Assembly (NCBI GenBank): GCA_965224245.1
Contig: OZ245046.1
Location: forward strand, 5,536,001-5,600,000
Reading direction: 5' to 3'
DNA from: Candidatus Eiseniibacteriota bacterium
GTDB lineage: Bacteria; Eisenbacteria; RBG-16-71-46; CAZAMP01
DNA length: 64,000 nt
Position 1 is the first letter of the stretch, and every line of letters starts with the position of its first letter. The translations under genes and the position numbers were made by a program. This document shows, one piece after another, positions 42,398 to 51,143 of this stretch. The notes under the pieces are model-generated. The model was not told where the DNA came from, searched no databases, and saw only the letters and a program-made list of their open reading frames with translations.

Positions 42398-44800
42398 TCA
42401 GCGCGAGCGTACGAGCTTCAGCGATGCGGTCGCCCGGCCGGCCTGGAGACGCGCCACGTACACGCCGGGCGGGACGTCGGCTCCGCGCTGGTCGGTACCG
42501 TCCCAGGCCATGGTGTGCGTCCCGATCTCCTGGACCCCGCCGGCGAGCGTCCGGACGCGGCGACCGGAGATGTCGTAGATGGACAGCGAGACGAGCGCGC
42601 GGGCATCCAGCGTGAACTTCAGCATCGTCTCGGTCCGGAACGGGTTCACGCTGGGCGCCAGATGCGCGAGCGTCAGGCTGCCGCCCGCGCCCGGCACCGA
42701 GACCGCGCCGGCGGTGCCGTAGATCTCGAGGTCGTCGATGCCGGCCTCGACGATCGAGCCCGGGAAGTCGTCGGTGGCGATGAAGCGCACGAGGATCTCC
42801 GCCGCGTCCGGCAGGTAGGTGTCGAGGTCGAACGACATCTTCTCCCAGAAGCCGCGCGAGTCGGGCAGATTCTCGATCGTGACCCATCCGCTGCCGTTCT
42901 TGCCGTTCACCTGCGCGACGAACTCGTCGTCCTGGCTCGAACCGGCGTCGTTCACGTACCACCGGTGATAGACGAGGGTCGGGCTCTCCAGTGTTCCCAG
43001 ATCGAACGAGGGGCTGGTCAGCGTGGTTGACCCGTCGTCGACGTCGTTCTCACCGACGCCGCCTCCGACGGGGCCCTGACCGGTGATGAAGCAGTCGGTG
43101 CCCGGGCTCGGCGTGTGATCATCCTCGGGCTGGACGGCGCCGCCGCCGGTGCCCCGGGGGTCGACGAGCTCCCAGATGCCGGTGGTGGCACCGTCCCCCG
43201 CGGCGCCGACGATCCATCCGCTATCCACCTCGAAGTCGTCGAAGACGGCGGCCGGCTCGAGCACGAAGTCCTGCCCGGCGGCCTCGTCGGCGGTGATGTC
43301 GACGTCGGCGCTCTCCGGCGCGTACCCGACCGCGTCCACGACGACCGTGTACGAGCCGGCCGGCACCGCGGCGAACGCATACGATCCCCCGGCGTCGGTC
43401 GTCGTCGCGAGCGGTGTGCCGAGCACCTCGACGCTGGCCCCTTCGATCGCCGTGAACGAGGATGCGGCCTCCACCACGCCGGCCAGGCTGCCGCTGGGAA
43501 GGCGCGTCATCGCGACGTCCTCGATCGTCGTGGCGCCGTCGGCGATCGTGACCGACCGCGACACGGGTGCGAACCCGAAGAGGTCGTAGTCGACCGTGTA
43601 GGAGTCCGGGCTCAACGAGAAGCGGTAGTAGCCGCCGGCATCGGTCATCCGGGACTGGCCGAGCGACGCGATGCTCACCTCGACGCCCGCGAGCGGGTCG
43701 GACGTGTCGGCGTCGGTGATGGTGCCCTCGAGGAATCCGCCGTTCGGATCGAACTCGAACACGTACAGTCCGGTGTCGATGTCGCTGACGTAGACGTACC
43801 CGGACGAGGCGAACGGGTACACGCCCCACGCGCCGTCGTAGCCGTCGCCGGAGCCCGGATACGTGTCGTAGTAGCCCACGCGGACCGGAGCCGTGGGCAC
43901 GCTGACGTCGAGGATCTCGAGCCCCGCGCGATACCACGAGATGTAGGCGAAATCGCCGTCGATGAGCACGTTGTGAATGATCGAGCCGGGATCGCGATCG
44001 TTCGTGTAGCTGGCGACCACCGAGAGGTTGGATGGGTCGGAGCAGTCCACGACCGTGATGTGTCCGGTCGAGACCTCGTCGGTGGTCAGGGCATGGGTGC
44101 CGTCGGCCGTGACCCACACGTTGTGTGTGAAGTTGTCGTCCGAGGCCACCGAGTCGAGCACGGGGAACGACCCCGGGAGCGCGCTGGCGTCCATCGTCCG
44201 GAGCACGCCGTCGTTGATCGCGGCCATGTAGGCGATGCCGTCGGCGACGTAGAGATCGTGCACGTAGAAGGTGCTCAGCGTGTACATGAGCGGCGGGCTC
44301 ACCGGGTCGGCCGCCGCGTCGTAGACGAGCGTGTTGTCGCCGTAGCCGCACACATAGACCAGACCGGTGGACGTGTCGCAGAACACGTTGTGCGCGGTGT
44401 CGAAGTCGGCCGTGATCTCGTTCACGAGGGCCGGGCTCAGCGGATCGGAGAGGTCGACCACCTGGAGTCCCTGGCCGCTGAACCCGTAGTCGTCGTTCAC
44501 GAGGTACGCGTAGGTGCCGTACGTGGCGGCCTGGCGCCAGATCGAGTCCGAGCCGGGGACGTACGCGACCTCGGTCGGGTTGGTGGGATCGGTCACGTCG
44601 ATGAAGCTCGTGCCGTCGAACCCGCCGACGATCGCGAGCGCAACACCACCGCTCTCGTAGCCCCAGACGTCCGAGTGCCACGACGAGAAGCTCAGGTTGC
44701 CGAGCAGGGTGACGTTCTCCGCGTCCTGCGCGTGAGCCGGTGCGAGAGACGTGAGGGCCCACAGGGTGGCCAGGGCCAGTGGTGTCCGCCAGACGTGCAT
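42398..44800 (-). CDS. Secreted choice-of-anchor B family protein + 2 carboxypeptidase-regulatory-like domains + jelly-roll domain + FlgD-Ig CTD
   Basis: SDVWGY, SIWR, GLQVVDLS, AHN, YVHD, THNVW, TTDE, IHNV, YYDT, GAWGVYPF; ATG 44800 with GGAGG RBS. Confidence 0.9.
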   Translation of the reverse strand: MHVWRTPLALATLWALTSLAPAHAQDAENVTLLGNLSFSSWHSDVWGYESGGVALAIVGGFDGTSFIDVTDPTNPTEVAYVPGSDSIWRQAATYGTYAYLVNDDYGFSGQGLQVVDLSDPLSPALVNEITADFDTAHNVFCDTSTGLVYVCGYGDNTLVYDAAADPVSPPLMYTLSTFYVHDLYVADGIAYMAAINDGVLRTMDASALPGSFPVLDSVASDDNFTHNVWVTADGTHALTTDEVSTGHITVVDCSDPSNLSVVASYTNDRDPGSIIHNVLIDGDFAYISWYRAGLEILDVSVPTAPVRVGYYDTYPGSGDGYDGAWGVYPFASSGYVYVSDIDTGLYVFEFDPNGGFLEGTITDADTSDPLAGVEVSIASLGQSRMTDAGGYYRFSLSPDSYTVDYDLFGFAPVSRSVTIADGATTIEDVAMTRLPSGSLAGVVEAASSFTAIEGASVEVLGTPLATTTDAGGSYAFAAVPAGSYTVVVDAVGYAPESADVDITADEAAGQDFVLEPAAVFDDFEVDSGWIVGAAGDGATTGIWELVDPRGTGGGAVQPEDDHTPSPGTDCFITGQGPVGGGVGENDVDDGSTTLTSPSFDLGTLESPTLVYHRWYVNDAGSSQDDEFVAQVNGKNGSGWVTIENLPDSRGFWEKMSFDLDTYLPDAAEILVRFIATDDFPGSIVEAGIDDLEIYGTAGAVSVPGAGGSLTLAHLAPSVNPFRTETMLKFTLDARALVSLSIYDISGRRVRTLAGGVQEIGTHTMAWDGTDQRGADVPPGVYVARLQAGRATASLKLVRSR

Positions 44801-45101
44801 GTGTTTCAGCCTCCGGGCGTCGAGGTCGCCGTTTCCGGCCACGCGGGACGCCAGCCGTTGAAAGTGACGGGCACGCGCGAACGGCGCGCGACCGTGCGAT
44901 CCATATGTCGTGAACGCGCTCGGGACCGGAACTCGAGCGGAAGATCGTAGGGGACGATCCAGGGGGTTTGGTGCGGAGGAGTGTACCGCGCGGCGCGATT
45001 CTCGACAACCCTCGTGCCGGCGTAAGCTCAGGAATCAGTGTGATTTCGGAGGTCGATCACGGGCTGGGGGCGTTCGTATGATGAATCCGGGGTCCGGGGA
45101 A

Positions 45102-45161
45102 CGAGGGAACGCTCCGGGGATGACCCCCTCGGTGACGGGTCGTGCCCCGGAGCGTCCCTCG
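45102..45161 (-). terminator. Long imperfect inverted repeat downstream of the small secreted gene
   Basis: CGAGGGAACGCTCCGGGGATGACCC pairs with GGGTCGTGCCCCGGAGCGTCCCTCG; 16 nt past the stop. Confidence 0.6.
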
Positions 45162-45177
45162 CGGTCCGGACGTTCTG

Positions 45178-45447
45178 TCATCCCTTGGTGCTGCTGTTCG
45201 GACCCGAATCGCCGCCGTCGTCGGCCCCACCGCCGCCGAGCACCTCGGCCTCGCCGTCGCTGGGCGCGTCGCGATGCCAGCCGTCGGTGCCGCCGTCGTC
45301 GTCTGCATCGAGGACCACGTACGGCAGCTCGTCGGCGAAGATGCTGATGCCGCCGAGACCGTTCTCGGGGATCGCGTGGGCCGCGCTCGCGACCATCGCC
45401 AGGGAAGCCGCCGCCAGCGCCATCTTGTGAAGCTTCAGGGTCTTCAT
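45178..45447 (-). CDS. Small secreted Asp/Gly-rich hypothetical protein (89 aa)
   Basis: GGAGGA RBS, signal peptide MKTLKLHKMALAAASLAMVASAAHA, own promoter and downstream hairpin. Confidence 0.78.
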   Translation of the reverse strand: MKTLKLHKMALAAASLAMVASAAHAIPENGLGGISIFADELPYVVLDADDDGGTDGWHRDAPSDGEAEVLGGGGADDGGDSGPNSSTKG

Positions 45448-45527
45448 GTCTCGGATCCTCCGTTTGCCGTCGAGATCGACGTTGAAGTCGGTGTTCAACG
45501 ATTTCGTCGAACTGATCGCGTATGAAC

Positions 45528-45542
45528 GCAAGCGGAGTGCCA
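45528..45542 (-). promoter_or_regulatory. Consensus sigma54 promoter
   Basis: Minus strand TGGCACTCCGCTTGC = TGGCAC-N5-TTGC, 80 nt upstream of ATG 45447. Confidence 0.85.
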
Positions 45543-45573
45543 GAGCCGTCGCCGATGCCGTACTTTGACGCAG

Positions 45574-45596
45574 TATATTCTAAAATAACGGACTTA
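45574..45596. promoter_or_regulatory. IHF-like binding site
   Basis: AT-rich island TATATTCTAAAATAACGGACTTA; AATAACGGACTTA has 2 mismatches to WATCAANNNNTTR; lies between the sigma54 site and candidate UAS. Confidence 0.5.
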
Positions 45597-45634
45597 CGGC
45601 TGTGGTGGTGTACGCCGGCGGGCGGGACGGCGTG

Positions 45635-45677
45635 CTCGACGTCGACGTAGTCGTCGAAAACGACCATGGCGTCGACA
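45635..45677. promoter_or_regulatory. Candidate enhancer (UAS) with GTCG-N4-CGAC palindromes
   Basis: GTCGAAAACGAC (45653-45664), CTCGACGTCGAC (45635-45646), further GTCGAC at 45671. Confidence 0.35.
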
Positions 45678-45689
45678 AAGAGAGGTGGC

Positions 45690-48383
45690 TCACCGGCGGA
45701 TGAAGGACCCGTTCCGGCTGACCTCACCGGCCGTGAGCCGGTACCAATAGACCCCCGCGGGCGCTCGGGCCGCACCTTCCCCGCCGGACGCGCCCGCGAG
45801 CCGGCCGTCCCACCGGACGACATGGGTGCCGGCGCCCATCGACGCGTCGACGAGGTCGCGCACGACGCGCCCGCGGACGTCCAGCACCGACAGGCGCACG
45901 CGTGGGGTGCCGGAGCCCGGCACCACGATGCGAAACGACGTCGACTCGCGGGTCGGGCTCGGGAATGCCCGGACCGAGAGAGCCGGCCCTGGCGCACCGA
46001 ACGCCACGCGGTACGGTCCGGCGCGGTCCACGCCGAGCGCGGAGTGGGCGACGATCCAGTACGTCGCCTCTCCCGTCCGGGGCGCAAACGAGTCCACGAC
46101 CTCGTACGCGCGGGTCGGGTTGGCGGCGAGCTCGGCCACCGCGATCGTGTCACCGCCGTCGTGCGAGCGTTCGACCACGAAGCGCTCGAACGGACCGTCC
46201 GCGTGCCAGCGCAGCACGACGCGCCCCGGGGCGACGGCCTCGACGGCCGTGACGTCGAGCCGCACGGGCGTGTCGTCGGGCAGCGCCACGAGGTGCCGGC
46301 CGTCCCAGATCGCAACGTCGTCGACGGCCGCCTCCACGATCGATGGGGCACCCTCGTCGGACACGCGAAACCGGATGCGCGTCTCGGAGGACGGAACGAC
46401 GTGCCGCGACAGCACGATCGTGACCCCGCGCCAGAAGAGGCGCGAGTCGCGGATCTCGTACACACCGGTCCACGTGTCACCGCCGTCGGTGGACACGGCC
46501 ACGGTGAACGGATCGCCGTCGCCGGACTCGACCTCCGTGTGCGCATCGTTGCTGAACCAGTGGTAGAACTGGAGGATCGGCTGATCCACGCCCGCCAGGT
46601 CGTAGGTCGGACTGATCAGCGAGGTGGTACCGCCGTCCACGTCGTGGGCGTCGATCCAGTCGCCGCCGGCACCCAGGCCCGTGACGAACGCATTCACGCC
46701 CGGCGCCGGCGTCTCGTCGCGGTTCGGGGCCACGTATCCGGCCGCCGTGCCCACGGGGACGCCGCGCTCCCATCGCCCCGACGTGGCGGTGTCGTCCGGG
46801 TCGACGATCCAGCCGGCGTCTGTCTCGAACGTGTCCACGATCGGCGCACGCTCCAGCGTGAAGTTCTGGAACGTCGTGGCCCCGGTGGTGACGGTGACCG
46901 TCGCCTGCACCGAGTTGAAGCCGAACTCGCGCGCCTCGATCAGATAGGTGCCGGCCGGCAGAAACGGTCGGAAGTAGAAGCCGTCGAACGCCTGCACGGC
47001 GTCGACCGGGGCGTCCAGGAACGCGACGAACGTTCCCTCGGGGTGGAGCGGCCTCGACACCGGCGCGCCCGGTCCGGTCAGCCGCGTGATGTTGCCGCGG
47101 AGCGTCCCCGTCGGACGATCCACGAGCTCGCGGTCGACGACGACGCTCTCCCCGGCGGCGACGGACACGTCGACCGAGTCCGGCTCGAAGCGGAGTCGAT
47201 CGAACACGACGCGGTAGGCGCCCGGCGTCACGCGGAGTCGGAACGTGCCGTCGCCCCCGGTGCGGTACGTCTTGCCGGTACCGCGCACCCGGACGGTCAC
47301 GGACGTCGCGGCCTCGCCGGTGCCCGATACCGTGAGCGCGCCGGTCAGTGTACCCAGCGCCGGCGCCACCGAGAGCGCGAGCAGTCCCTCGACGCGGTCG
47401 GTCATCAGCACGGTGCCGTCCCCGGCGGGCAGGACGTCGCGCCCGTCGGGTGACGGGAATCGCGCGAACGGCTCGGGAACGCGGGGATCGGACACGTCGG
47501 TCGCGACCAGTCCCGATCCCGCGCCGGCGGAGTAGACCGTGAGATCGTCGCCTGCAATGCCCGTGACCGCGGTGCTCGCAGGGTCGGTCGTCGTGGCCAG
47601 CCGGACCGATGCGCCCAGGCTCGCCACGTCGAACGTGCTGAGCGTGCCACCGGGGCGATCGTCGGTCGCGAACGCGAGCCCGCGACCGGGGTCCACCGTC
47701 ACCGCGCGCGTGGCCGAGCCAGGGTACGTCACGTAGGCCGCGAGCGAGATCACCGGAACCCCGGAGACGTCGAGCGTCGCGAGTGCGCCCCCGGTTCCCA
47801 CGTACACGAGCTCGTTCGCGAAGGCCATCCCGGTGGGCGCGAGCTCGCCGTCGAACGCGCCCGTGAGCACCGGCGCCAGCGGCGTGTCGAGGTCGAAGAC
47901 GAGCAGACGGCCCGGTTGCGCGGTCACGAACAGACGCTGGCCGGCGGCGTCCACGAGCACGTCGGTGGCGCGGTCGAACGTCGCGAGGTCGGACGAGATC
48001 TCGGTCGGGCTCGCGGGATCGGCGACGTTCAGGACCTGGAGACCCCCACCGTCCGGGGAGACGACGTAGGCGAGGGTCAGGTACCGGGCGATCGCGCGGC
48101 TCGAGCTCGTGACGCCGGGGACGAAGCCGATCTCGGTCATCGCGCCCGCGTCGAACGTGTTCACGACGGCGATGCCGTCCGAGACCCCCACGAGCACGAG
48201 CCGCTCCTCCGGAGCGGCCGTCGGGAGCGGGGCCAGTCCGGACGCGCCCGCCCGTCCGGTCCAGCGACCCAGCTCGACCACGTTCTCGGGCGATCCCGGC
48301 CCGCTCGCGGCGCCGCTGGAGGGGTGACACACCAGCATCGCCGCGGCGATCAACGGCATCGAAAGACAGTGACCTCGCGGCAC
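45690..48383 (-). CDS. Secreted degenerate LVIVD / choice-of-anchor B-like protein + carboxypeptidase-regulatory-like + jelly-roll + FlgD-Ig CTD
   Basis: GLQVLNVADP, LVATDVSDP; DVDGGTTSLISP and SIVEAAVDD shared with the 42398 gene; CTD DVRGRVVR..WDGR..GVYWYRL; GTG 48383 with AGGAGG RBS. Confidence 0.82.
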   Translation of the reverse strand: MPRGHCLSMPLIAAAMLVCHPSSGAASGPGSPENVVELGRWTGRAGASGLAPLPTAAPEERLVLVGVSDGIAVVNTFDAGAMTEIGFVPGVTSSSRAIARYLTLAYVVSPDGGGLQVLNVADPASPTEISSDLATFDRATDVLVDAAGQRLFVTAQPGRLLVFDLDTPLAPVLTGAFDGELAPTGMAFANELVYVGTGGALATLDVSGVPVISLAAYVTYPGSATRAVTVDPGRGLAFATDDRPGGTLSTFDVASLGASVRLATTTDPASTAVTGIAGDDLTVYSAGAGSGLVATDVSDPRVPEPFARFPSPDGRDVLPAGDGTVLMTDRVEGLLALSVAPALGTLTGALTVSGTGEAATSVTVRVRGTGKTYRTGGDGTFRLRVTPGAYRVVFDRLRFEPDSVDVSVAAGESVVVDRELVDRPTGTLRGNITRLTGPGAPVSRPLHPEGTFVAFLDAPVDAVQAFDGFYFRPFLPAGTYLIEAREFGFNSVQATVTVTTGATTFQNFTLERAPIVDTFETDAGWIVDPDDTATSGRWERGVPVGTAAGYVAPNRDETPAPGVNAFVTGLGAGGDWIDAHDVDGGTTSLISPTYDLAGVDQPILQFYHWFSNDAHTEVESGDGDPFTVAVSTDGGDTWTGVYEIRDSRLFWRGVTIVLSRHVVPSSETRIRFRVSDEGAPSIVEAAVDDVAIWDGRHLVALPDDTPVRLDVTAVEAVAPGRVVLRWHADGPFERFVVERSHDGGDTIAVAELAANPTRAYEVVDSFAPRTGEATYWIVAHSALGVDRAGPYRVAFGAPGPALSVRAFPSPTRESTSFRIVVPGSGTPRVRLSVLDVRGRVVRDLVDASMGAGTHVVRWDGRLAGASGGEGAARAPAGVYWYRLTAGEVSRNGSFIRR

Positions 48384-48523
48384 TCTCGGAGCCTCCTGGT
48401 GAGGGTCGGCGGCGGGGGGCACCGTCTAGCGTGCCCGGAGCCGCGGTCTCGTGCAAGGGCGCAGACCCAAACGCCGGTTGGCTCCCGAACCGGGTGAGGT
48501 CTATGCTGGCGTCCGGAGGAACC

Positions 48524-50968
48524 ATGTCCACATCGACCCCCAACACGCGAAAGACCCATGGCGGCCAGTCGCCGCCCGCGACCGATGCGACGTCCGCGAG
48601 CCCGTCGACGGCGGCGACGCCGCCGACCGGGCCGGACGGGCGGCGGGACGAGGACGCCGTCCTCAACGAGGACGCGGTCCTCGTCCGCATCGACGGCATG
48701 CACTGCGCCGGCTGCGTCCACTCCGTGGAGCGCTCGATCGGGGAGATCGAGAGCGTCAACGACGTGGCCGTGAACCTGACCACCGAGACCGCACGTGTCG
48801 TGTTCGACGGCCCCGAGCCGCCGGTCGACGCGCTCTACGACGCGGTCGCCCGCGCCGGCTTCTCGCTGGTCATGATCGATCGCGACGAGGACGCGCCGCG
48901 CCGGGATCCGGTCGAGCACGATCGGCGGAAGCTCGCGGCCGCGCGGCGCCGCATGTGGATCGCGTGGGGTCTCACGGTCCCCATCATGCTCTGGATGCTG
49001 CCCGAGATGATCGCCGGCATGATGTGGCCCACCGCGGCCATCTTCCATCTCGGGATGGTGCTCCTGGCGACGCCGGTGGTGCTCGGCGCGGGGCGCGAGA
49101 CGCTCACCAGCGCCATCCGGTCGTCGCTCAACCGCGCGCCGAACATGGACGTGCTGATCGCGCTTGGCAGCACGGCCGCGCTGGCCACCGGGATCGCGGC
49201 GACCTGGAGCGCGTTCACGGGCGGACCGCACCTCTTCGACTTCTCGGGCGTGGGCGCGATGATCGTCGCGTTCCATCTGACCGGGCGCTTCGTCGAGACA
49301 CGCGCGCGCGGGCGGGCGTCCGAGGCGATCAAGCGCCTGTTGACCCTCGAAGCGCGAACGGCCCGCGTCGTGCGCGACGGTGTGGCGGTCGAGGTCCCGA
49401 TCGACGAGGTTCGCGTGGGGGACATCTTCCTGGTCCAGGCGGGCGAGAAGGTCCCCACCGACGGGCAGGTCATCGACGGCGAGAGCGAGGTCGACGAGTC
49501 CCTCGTGACCGGCGAGTCGATGCCGGTCACCAAGCAGCCGGGCGACCTGGTCATCGGCGCCACGCTGAACGCGTCGGGGCTGCTGCGCGTGCGGGCCACC
49601 GGGGTCGGCCGGAACACGTTCCTGGCCAGCGTCATCCGGCTGGTCGAGGAAGCCCAGACCACCCGCGTGCCGATCCAGGCCGTGGCCGATCGCGTCACAG
49701 CGGTGTTCGTCCCGGTCGTGCTGCTGATCGCGGTGGTGGTCTTCTTCGCCTGGCTGATGTTCGGCGACGCGATCGCCGCGTGGACGCGACCGGTCGCCGC
49801 GTCGCTCCCGTGGATCATCCCGTCGCTGGATCCGGTGTCGAGAGCGCTCTACGCGACCATCGCCACGCTGGTGATCGCCTGTCCGTGCGCACTCGGGCTG
49901 GCCACGCCGACCGCGCTCATGGTCGGAAGCGGGCTCGGAGCCACGAGCGGCATCCTGATCCGGCGGGGCGAGGCCATCCAGCGAATGCGCGAGGTCAGCG
50001 TCATCGCGTTCGACAAGACCGGCACCGTCACCCGCGGCCGCCCGGAGGTCGTGGACGTGAAGCCCGTCGACGGCGTGACCGGCGACGAGCTCCTCCGTGC
50101 CGCCGCCGCCGCCGAGGCGGGAAGCGAGCACCCCCTCGCGAAGGCCGTGGTCGCGCACGCGGAGTCGCTGGGGATCCGTGTGATCGCGCCGGACAGCTCG
50201 CGCGTCGTGCCCGGGGACGGGGTGGTGGCCGAGACGTCCGGCTCGGCGCTCGGCGAGTCCGAGTCGGACTCCGGGAGCGTGCGGATCCACGTGGGCCGGC
50301 CCGGCTTCCTGATCGCCGCCGGCATCGACGTGGGGCCGTTCGCGGATCGGCTCAAGGGCGAGCACCCGGAGGCCACCTGGATCTGGGTGGCCCGCGACGG
50401 CCGCGTGCTCGGCGCGCTCGCGCTCGCCGACGCCGTTCGCTCGAGCGCGGCCGCCGCCATCGGGGCGCTGGTCGCGCGCGGGATCACCCCGGTCATGATG
50501 ACCGGTGACTCTTCCCGGGCCGCGAAGGCGGTAGGCGAGCGCCTGGGCATTCCGCGGGTGCTGGCCGAAGTGCGTCCGGCGGACAAGGCGGGCGAGGTGA
50601 GAAAGCTCCAGGAGCGCGGCGAGGTCGTGGCGATGGTCGGCGACGGCATCAACGACGCGCCGGCGCTCGCCCAGGCCGACGTCGGCATCGCGATCGGATC
50701 GGGGACCGACGTGGCGATCGAGGCGGGCGACATCGTCCTGACCGGCGGCGACCTCGGCGCGGTCGTGCGCGCGCACACGCTGTCCAATGCCACGTTCGCC
50801 AAGATCCGGCAGAACCTCTTCTGGGCGTTCTTCTACAACGTGGTGGCGATCCCGCTGGCGATGCTGGGGCTCCTGCATCCCCTGATCGCGGAGGTGGCGA
50901 TGGCGCTGAGCTCGGTGAACGTCGTCGCGAACGCGCAGCAGCTGAGGCGGCTGAAGCTGGGCGGGTGA
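48524..50968 (+). CDS. copA: Copper-translocating P1B-type ATPase
   Basis: HMA GMHCAGC, TGES, CPC, DKTGT, SEHP, GDGIND, YN and MALSS Cu(I) motifs; GGAGGA RBS. Confidence 0.96.
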   Translation: MSTSTPNTRKTHGGQSPPATDATSASPSTAATPPTGPDGRRDEDAVLNEDAVLVRIDGMHCAGCVHSVERSIGEIESVNDVAVNLTTETARVVFDGPEPPVDALYDAVARAGFSLVMIDRDEDAPRRDPVEHDRRKLAAARRRMWIAWGLTVPIMLWMLPEMIAGMMWPTAAIFHLGMVLLATPVVLGAGRETLTSAIRSSLNRAPNMDVLIALGSTAALATGIAATWSAFTGGPHLFDFSGVGAMIVAFHLTGRFVETRARGRASEAIKRLLTLEARTARVVRDGVAVEVPIDEVRVGDIFLVQAGEKVPTDGQVIDGESEVDESLVTGESMPVTKQPGDLVIGATLNASGLLRVRATGVGRNTFLASVIRLVEEAQTTRVPIQAVADRVTAVFVPVVLLIAVVVFFAWLMFGDAIAAWTRPVAASLPWIIPSLDPVSRALYATIATLVIACPCALGLATPTALMVGSGLGATSGILIRRGEAIQRMREVSVIAFDKTGTVTRGRPEVVDVKPVDGVTGDELLRAAAAAEAGSEHPLAKAVVAHAESLGIRVIAPDSSRVVPGDGVVAETSGSALGESESDSGSVRIHVGRPGFLIAAGIDVGPFADRLKGEHPEATWIWVARDGRVLGALALADAVRSSAAAAIGALVARGITPVMMTGDSSRAAKAVGERLGIPRVLAEVRPADKAGEVRKLQERGEVVAMVGDGINDAPALAQADVGIAIGSGTDVAIEAGDIVLTGGDLGAVVRAHTLSNATFAKIRQNLFWAFFYNVVAIPLAMLGLLHPLIAEVAMALSSVNVVANAQQLRRLKLGG

Positions 50969-51143
50969 GCGTGACGCTCTCGGCTTCCCCGGGGGTGGCG
51001 GCTTGCCCGTGGCGGGCACCACGCCCCATAATCCGGATCGTGACCAGCCGCGCGACACGCCGCCGGGTGAGCCTTCGACCGGGAGTCGCGGCCTGCCCGG
51101 CGGTCGCGAGAGCCGACGACGACCGCACCGGGGGAGAGGTGGG

